From assembly GCA_963771465.1 (NCBI GenBank), contig CAVYTU010000011.1:192001-256000 (forward strand): a DNA stretch of 64,000 nt, written 5' to 3'. The DNA is from an uncultured delta proteobacterium. GTDB taxonomy: Bacteria > Desulfobacterota > Binatia > UBA9968. A program made the position numbers and the translations under genes. The number at the start of each line of letters is the position of its first letter. Positions within the stretch are counted from its first letter, which is position 1. Positions 58,865 through 64,000 of this stretch are shown piece after piece. The notes below the pieces were generated by a model. It was not told where the DNA came from. It saw nothing but the letters and a program-made list of their open reading frames with translations, and made no database searches.

Positions 58865-60187
58865 GTGAAGACGACAGCGGCCGCGGTGCGAACCTCTAAA
58901 CACCAGGGAATTTTCTACGGCTGGTACATCGTCGGCGTCGGCTTTCTCGCCAACGTCGCTTCATCCTTCGCTCTTGCCAGCACGATGAGCATCTTCCTAA
59001 AGCCGCTCACCGCCGATCTCGGCGTGTCGCGCGGCGTGTTTTCGTTGCTGCGTTCCGGCGAAGGCATCATCGCCGCGTGCATCGCGCCGCTGGTTGGAAC
59101 GCTGGTTGACCGTTACGGCGGCCGCTGGTTGATGGTGATCGGTACCGGCATCGTCGCGGTCGGTTATTTTCTGCTTAGCCACGTCGATAGTTTCGCGCAG
59201 TTTGTCGGCATTCGCCTGACGCTGGTGACTCTCGGTGATTCGATGATGGGATACATGGTCGTGAACGTCATCATCGCCCAGTGGTTTACGCGCTACCGTG
59301 GCCGCGCGCTGGCGATCTCCAGCATGGGTGTCGGTTTCGCCAAGGTGTGCATGCCCGTGGTGGCGGCGTCGCTGATTCTCTGGCTCGGCTGGCGTCAGAC
59401 TTGGCTGGCGTTCGGCTTGATGACCCTCGGTTTATTAGTCGTGCCGGCGCTGTTGATCATTCGTCTGTCACCTGAGGCGATGGGTTTGTTGCCGGACGGC
59501 GCATCGGCGCCGCTTGCTGATGATATCGCCAAGCCGAAGAAATCCACCGCCGGTGCGGCGCAGGCCGGTGCGCAGAATCTGACGTGGACGCGCGGCGAGG
59601 CGGCGCGGACGACGGCATTTTGGTTGCTGGTGATTACCTTCGGCATCTCCAGCATCGGTGTCACCGGGCTCAATCTGCATGTGTATTCTTACGTTACCGA
59701 TCTCGGCCACTCCGCCGTGATCGCCGCGACCGTGATGAGCATCATCGCATCGATGCAATTGGCCTCGCCGCTCGCTTGGGGAATCCTCGCGGAAAAAATC
59801 GGCGCACGCTACGCCGCGACGCTGCGCTTCGTTATCCAAGGCGTCGGCTTGGCGATGGCGATTTTGACGGGCAATCTACTCTGTCTCTACGCCGGCTTCT
59901 TTCTCTACGGCATCGGGCTTGGCGGCAACATGGTGCTGCCCGACATTCTTTGGGCCGACTATTTTGGCCGCCAGTCGCTCGGCAAGATTCGCGGCATGGG
60001 CTTGTTCATCTCGCATTTTCTCGCCGCCATCGGGCCGCCGTTCTTCGGCTTTCTTTTCGACATCACCGGCGGCTATGGACTGTCGTTCGCGATCTTCGGC
60101 GCCGTGTTGGTGATATCGGCGTTTCTCAGCCTTATGCTCAAGCCGCCGCGGCGAAGGTCAGGTTGGAGTGATGGCGTGTTGGAATAA
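58865..60187 (+). CDS. MFS transporter (OFA-like)
   Basis: IFYGWYIV, GTLVDRYG, WFTRYRGRA, DYFGRQSLGKIRG. Confidence 0.92.
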   Translation: MKTTAAAVRTSKHQGIFYGWYIVGVGFLANVASSFALASTMSIFLKPLTADLGVSRGVFSLLRSGEGIIAACIAPLVGTLVDRYGGRWLMVIGTGIVAVGYFLLSHVDSFAQFVGIRLTLVTLGDSMMGYMVVNVIIAQWFTRYRGRALAISSMGVGFAKVCMPVVAASLILWLGWRQTWLAFGLMTLGLLVVPALLIIRLSPEAMGLLPDGASAPLADDIAKPKKSTAGAAQAGAQNLTWTRGEAARTTAFWLLVITFGISSIGVTGLNLHVYSYVTDLGHSAVIAATVMSIIASMQLASPLAWGILAEKIGARYAATLRFVIQGVGLAMAILTGNLLCLYAGFFLYGIGLGGNMVLPDILWADYFGRQSLGKIRGMGLFISHFLAAIGPPFFGFLFDITGGYGLSFAIFGAVLVISAFLSLMLKPPRRRSGWSDGVLE

Positions 60188-60237
60188 TGGAGTGTTGGGT
60201 TTTGGCGAACCCATCACTGCGCCACTTCATGACGCCA
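60164..60237. repeat. 8-bp-periodic TGGAGTNN palindromic element overlapping the MFS stop codon
   Basis: TGGAGTGA TGGCGTGT TGGAATAA TGGAGTGT TGGGTT-N6-AACCCA TCACTGCG CCACTTCA TGACGCCA. Confidence 0.75.
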
Positions 60238-60256
60238 ATTTGCGCTGCTTCTCGGC

Positions 60257-60285
60257 TTGACACCGGCATCGGCCTCTCCTATAGC
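60257..60285 (+). promoter_or_regulatory. Sigma70-type promoter for the amidohydrolase
   Basis: TTGACA-17 nt-TATAGC, about 30 nt upstream of ATG 60317. Confidence 0.55.
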
Positions 60286-60316
60286 TTCGAGTTAAATTTC
60301 ACTGAAAGGATTTTCC

Positions 60317-61312
60317 ATGATTATTGATATTCATAATCACATTGTCGCCGGCGAACAGCTGCAGACTTTTCAAGCCGGTTTGATCAACAGCGCGGGATTT
60401 CACAAACCGCGCGGCGTGGTCGTTACTGAAAAACATATCGAACAGGCCAAATGGCAAGGGCACAAGCATTCCGAGGTGCTCAATGAAGTCGGCACCGATT
60501 TCGCCTTCATCTCACCACGGCCGTACACGATGATGCATTCAGCCAAGCCGGAGAAGATCGTCCACTGGTATTGCCAGGCGGTCAACGACGCGCTGGCGCT
60601 GCAAGTGAAGATGGAGCCGAATAAGTTCCGCGCCATCGGCGGCTTGCCGCAAAACGCCGGCGTGCCGGTGACCAATACGTTCGACGAGATCGACCGCTGC
60701 ATCAACGATCTCGGTTTTGTCGGCATCATGATCAACCCCGATCCCGGCGAAGGCGATGGACAAACTCCTGCCATGGGACAGGAATATTGGTACCCGCTCT
60801 ACGAAAAGATGGTCAAGATGGATATTCCCGGCTTGCTGCACGGCGCGAGCTGCAAAAATCCGCGCGAGTCGTTTCACGGCCACTTCATCACCGAAGAGAG
60901 CATCGCGATTCTCTCCATCGTCGATTCCAACGTGTTCAAAGATTTTCCAAAATTAAAGCTGATCATCTCCCACGGCGGCGGCTCGGTGCCCTATCAAGTC
61001 GGGCGCTGGCGCTCGCAGTTGCGCGGCCCCAACGACACCGAAACTTTCGATCAGCGCCTCAAACAGCTCTACTTCGATAGCGCGCTGTACAACGTCGAGT
61101 CTTTGAAGCTGCTTTTCCGAATCTGCGGGCCCGAGCGTTGTCTGTTCGGCACCGAACGGCCCGGCGCCGGTTCGAAAACCGATCCACGCACCGGCAAATG
61201 GTACGACGACGTGCGGCCGAATATCGAAAGCATCCCGTGGCTCACCGCCGAGGACAAGGCGAAGATCTTTCAGAAAAACGCGCTGCAAGTGTTCTCGCGG
61301 TTCAAGCAATAG
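60317..61312 (+). CDS. Amidohydrolase-fold protein, 4-oxalomesaconate hydratase (LigJ)-like
   Basis: MIIDIHNH, FISPRP, LPQ, INPDP, YWYPLYEKMV, HGGGSVPYQVGR, LFGTE. Confidence 0.8.
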   Translation: MIIDIHNHIVAGEQLQTFQAGLINSAGFHKPRGVVVTEKHIEQAKWQGHKHSEVLNEVGTDFAFISPRPYTMMHSAKPEKIVHWYCQAVNDALALQVKMEPNKFRAIGGLPQNAGVPVTNTFDEIDRCINDLGFVGIMINPDPGEGDGQTPAMGQEYWYPLYEKMVKMDIPGLLHGASCKNPRESFHGHFITEESIAILSIVDSNVFKDFPKLKLIISHGGGSVPYQVGRWRSQLRGPNDTETFDQRLKQLYFDSALYNVESLKLLFRICGPERCLFGTERPGAGSKTDPRTGKWYDDVRPNIESIPWLTAEDKAKIFQKNALQVFSRFKQ

Positions 61313-61324
61313 GTGTTAACGAAT

Positions 61325-61391
61325 TGGAGTAGTGGAGTGCTGGAGTACTGGGTTTTCGAATAACTCATCACTCCAACACTCCATTACTCCA
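61325..61391. repeat. 8-bp-periodic TGGAGTNN palindromic element (well preserved)
   Basis: TGGAGTAG TGGAGTGC TGGAGTAC TGGGTT-N7-AACTCA TCACTCCA ACACTCCA TTACTCCA. Confidence 0.85.
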
Positions 61392-61538
61392 GTGTGTTTA
61401 TACTCATGGTGAATCAGTTAACCTCGATCTTCATGCGTTGAGTCCAGCATGCCACGTGATTCGTGGCGATGATCCAATATAAAATTGGTCGGCGACTGTC
61501 ACCAAAAGGTATCTTTATTGCGCTGGGCTTTTGGATTA

Positions 61539-62334
61539 ATGGTGACACTAATTCCTGCAATCGGACTTCGTGGCGTAGCGCATCTCGCCGGCGGCAAGAA
61601 AATTCTAGATTCCATCAATTGGACCGTGCAGCCGAGCGAGCACTGGGCGATTCTTGGCCCCAACGGTCCGGGGAAGTCGACATTGCTCAAAATCGCTTGC
61701 GGATTTCTCTGGCCCAACGCCGGCAGAGAAGTGCGGCGCAAAGGTAAAACGCTGCTCGATTTGCGCGCGCTGCGAAATAGCATCGGTTGGGTGACCTCGT
61801 CGTTGGTGTCGGAAATACCGGAGAGCGAAAAAGTGATTCGCCGTGGTCTCGGGAAAATTTGCTCAGATCGGGTTGCTCGAACAGTTCGGCGGCGAGGCGA
61901 CAGCGAGCGATTATCGCTTGGCGTTGCGCTATCTGATCGAGATGGGTTGCGGTTATTTGCGCAATCAAGAGTTTGGCACCCTATCCCAGGGCGAGCAACA
62001 GAAAATTCTCATTGCGCGTGCGCGCATGACCAGACCTTATCGGATCATGCTCGACGAGCCGTGCGCCGGCATGGACCCGGGAGCGCGGGAGAATTTTCTG
62101 GCAAGCCTCGCTGTGTTGGGCAGGCAAAAAAAAGTTCCCGCGTTGATCTATGTGACACACCACGTTGAAGAGATCCTGCCTCTTTTCATCAAGACGTTGG
62201 TGCTGCGTAACGGTAAAGTCCTGCATTCCGGCAAGACGCGCGATGTCTTGCAAGCGGGTGTGCTGAAGGAACTGTACGGCGCACCGCTTTCGCTGATACG
62301 CCGTAAGGGGCGTTATTGGCCGGTGATGGCTTAG
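61539..62334 (+). CDS. ABC ATP-binding protein (ModF/YlmA-like), frameshift near 61840
   Basis: HWAILGPNGPGKST Walker A; LSQGEQQK, LDEP and VTHH in the next frame. Confidence 0.85.
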
Positions 62335-62375
62335 TTACAATTCGTTTCAGCAGCATATTTTCACTCTCCTCATCG

Positions 62376-63848
62376 ATGGCAAGCACAATCGACATCGTCC
62401 AAACCAAGACTCGCAACCGCTGGTGGTCGCTTTCGGTGGCGTCGATCGCCACCTTGATTGTCACCGCCGACACCGGTCAGCTCAGCATCGCGTTGCCGCT
62501 GATCATCACTGAGTTCAACGCGGATTTGACCTTAGCGAGCTGGATCGCACTCGCCTACGCGCTGATCACCGCGTCACTTTATCTGCCGTGCGGCAGGCTA
62601 TCGGATTTAGTCGGCGTGGGGCGATTGTTTCTCGCGGGCTTCGTGCTTTACGGCGTCAGCTCCGTCGCCGCCGGGTCGGCGCAGAATACCGCACAGCTGT
62701 TGATCTTTCGCGCCCTGCAAGCCGCCGGAAGCGCGCTTATCATGGCGAATAATTTTGCTTTGGTGACGGCGCTGTTTCCGCCCGAGGAGCGCGGCCGCGC
62801 GATGGGTATCGCCGGCGGCTCGATCTCGGCGATCGGCTACACGCTCGGTCCGGTCATCGGCGGTTTACTGACCCATAGTTTGGGTTGGCGCTCGAATTTT
62901 TTCGTTTCTGCCGTGCTTGCCTTCGTCGGTTGCGGTGTCGCAAAGCTGTTGTTGCCGCCGGAAAGTTTCCACGGTTCTACGGCGAAGCGGGAGCCTTTCG
63001 ATTTGACCGGCGCGTTGTCGTTCGCGTGCAGCATCTCGCTTCTGTTATTCGGACTCGCCACGGCGCAGAAAGCCGGTTGGCAGAGTTTGCTGGTAAGCAT
63101 TCCTTTGATTGCCGGTCTTGCCATGCTCGCCTTCTTTATCAACTGGGAAAGGCGTGTAAGTTTTCCTTTGCTCGATCTAGCGTTATTTCGCATCCCGGCG
63201 TTCACTTTAGGTAACATTGCGCGCTGGATTAGCTTTGTCGCCATGAGCGTGAGTATTTTGCTCATGCCGTTTTTTCTTCAGCTTGCCTTGGGTTTGGACC
63301 CACTCCACGCCGGTTTCCTGGTCGCACCGACGCCCTTCGCGATGGCATTGCTGGCGCCGCTGACCGGCTGGATGTCGGAGCGATTTATTCCCGAACGCCT
63401 TTGCGCCGTCGGATTGAGTGTTACCGGAGCGGCTTTCATCCTGTTGAGTTTTCTTTCACCGACTTCCACCTCATTGGAAATTATTCTCTACCTGGCCTTG
63501 GTGGGCGTCGGCATGGGACTGTTCCAGACGCCGAATAATAATTTGCTCATGACCGCCGTGCCGCGCCATCGCCTCGGCGTCGGCTCCGCTTTTCTCTCGA
63601 TCGTGCGCAGCGTGGGATATGCCTCCGGCACGACCTTGGCGGTGACGATTGTAGGCTATTATCTACTGCAAGCGTCGGACGACACGTCATTGCAAAGCTT
63701 TGGTGGTGGGGCGGGAATGAATTTCGACATGCGTACTCTTGCCGCATTTTTGCGCGGCTTTCGCAGCGCTTGTTTGATCGTTGCAATTGTATCGTTTTGT
63801 GGTGCCATTGTGAGCCTGTGGCCGGTGTCCGGAAAAGTTAATGCATGA
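62376..63848 (+). CDS. MFS transporter, DHA2/EmrB-QacA family
   Basis: GRLSDLVG, FRALQAAG, FPPEERGRAMG, GPVIGGLLT, FQTPNN. Confidence 0.92.
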   Translation: MASTIDIVQTKTRNRWWSLSVASIATLIVTADTGQLSIALPLIITEFNADLTLASWIALAYALITASLYLPCGRLSDLVGVGRLFLAGFVLYGVSSVAAGSAQNTAQLLIFRALQAAGSALIMANNFALVTALFPPEERGRAMGIAGGSISAIGYTLGPVIGGLLTHSLGWRSNFFVSAVLAFVGCGVAKLLLPPESFHGSTAKREPFDLTGALSFACSISLLLFGLATAQKAGWQSLLVSIPLIAGLAMLAFFINWERRVSFPLLDLALFRIPAFTLGNIARWISFVAMSVSILLMPFFLQLALGLDPLHAGFLVAPTPFAMALLAPLTGWMSERFIPERLCAVGLSVTGAAFILLSFLSPTSTSLEIILYLALVGVGMGLFQTPNNNLLMTAVPRHRLGVGSAFLSIVRSVGYASGTTLAVTIVGYYLLQASDDTSLQSFGGGAGMNFDMRTLAAFLRGFRSACLIVAIVSFCGAIVSLWPVSGKVNA

Positions 63849-64000
63849 GATCTCTAAGACGGTGAGGTCATGGTATTGTAGTGCGACACCACTGATAAGC
63901 CGCGATCGGCGCGAATAAATCGTACCAGACCCATGTTACTTCGATTCGTCAACATTCTACGGCCGTTTCGATATGCACTTCCTTGTATTACGATTTGGAC

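Noticed and set aside
61325-61391. Mini CRISPR array
   Set aside because: The units are 8-bp tandem repeats forming a palindrome with no unique spacers.

Overview
A GC-rich bacterial chromosomal segment. Gene content (NitT/TauT and Bug solute-binding proteins, amidohydrolases, LLM oxidoreductase, multi-GAF kinase) resembles Binatia/'Deltaproteobacteria'-type environmental genomes; this placement is inference only. It holds about 55 mostly catabolic, transport and redox genes. I saw no rRNA, tRNA, CRISPR array or classical IS/transposase. Many genes carry single-base frameshifts in patches (7.5-9.2 kb, 39.6-44.3 kb and scattered sites), most simply explained as long-read consensus errors. Highlights: (1) a GxxExxY PD-(D/E)xK nuclease gene bracketed by 29-bp inverted repeats built from three 9-mers, inserted in a kinase/response-regulator operon, with degenerate gene-less copies elsewhere; this is a candidate undescribed mobile element, and other 6-, 7-, 8- and 9-bp-periodic intergenic repeats of similar design occur across the window; (2) an ~8.1-kb soluble histidine kinase with 14 tandem GAF domains in an alternating conserved/variable pattern, followed by a receiver and a receiver-cyclase; (3) a selenocysteine (in-frame TGA) peroxiredoxin that the ORF track splits; (4) an fccAB / soxYZ / yeeE sulfur module with a non-canonical SoxY C-terminus; (5) a membrane-anchored TIR protein at the window edge that the ORF track misses.
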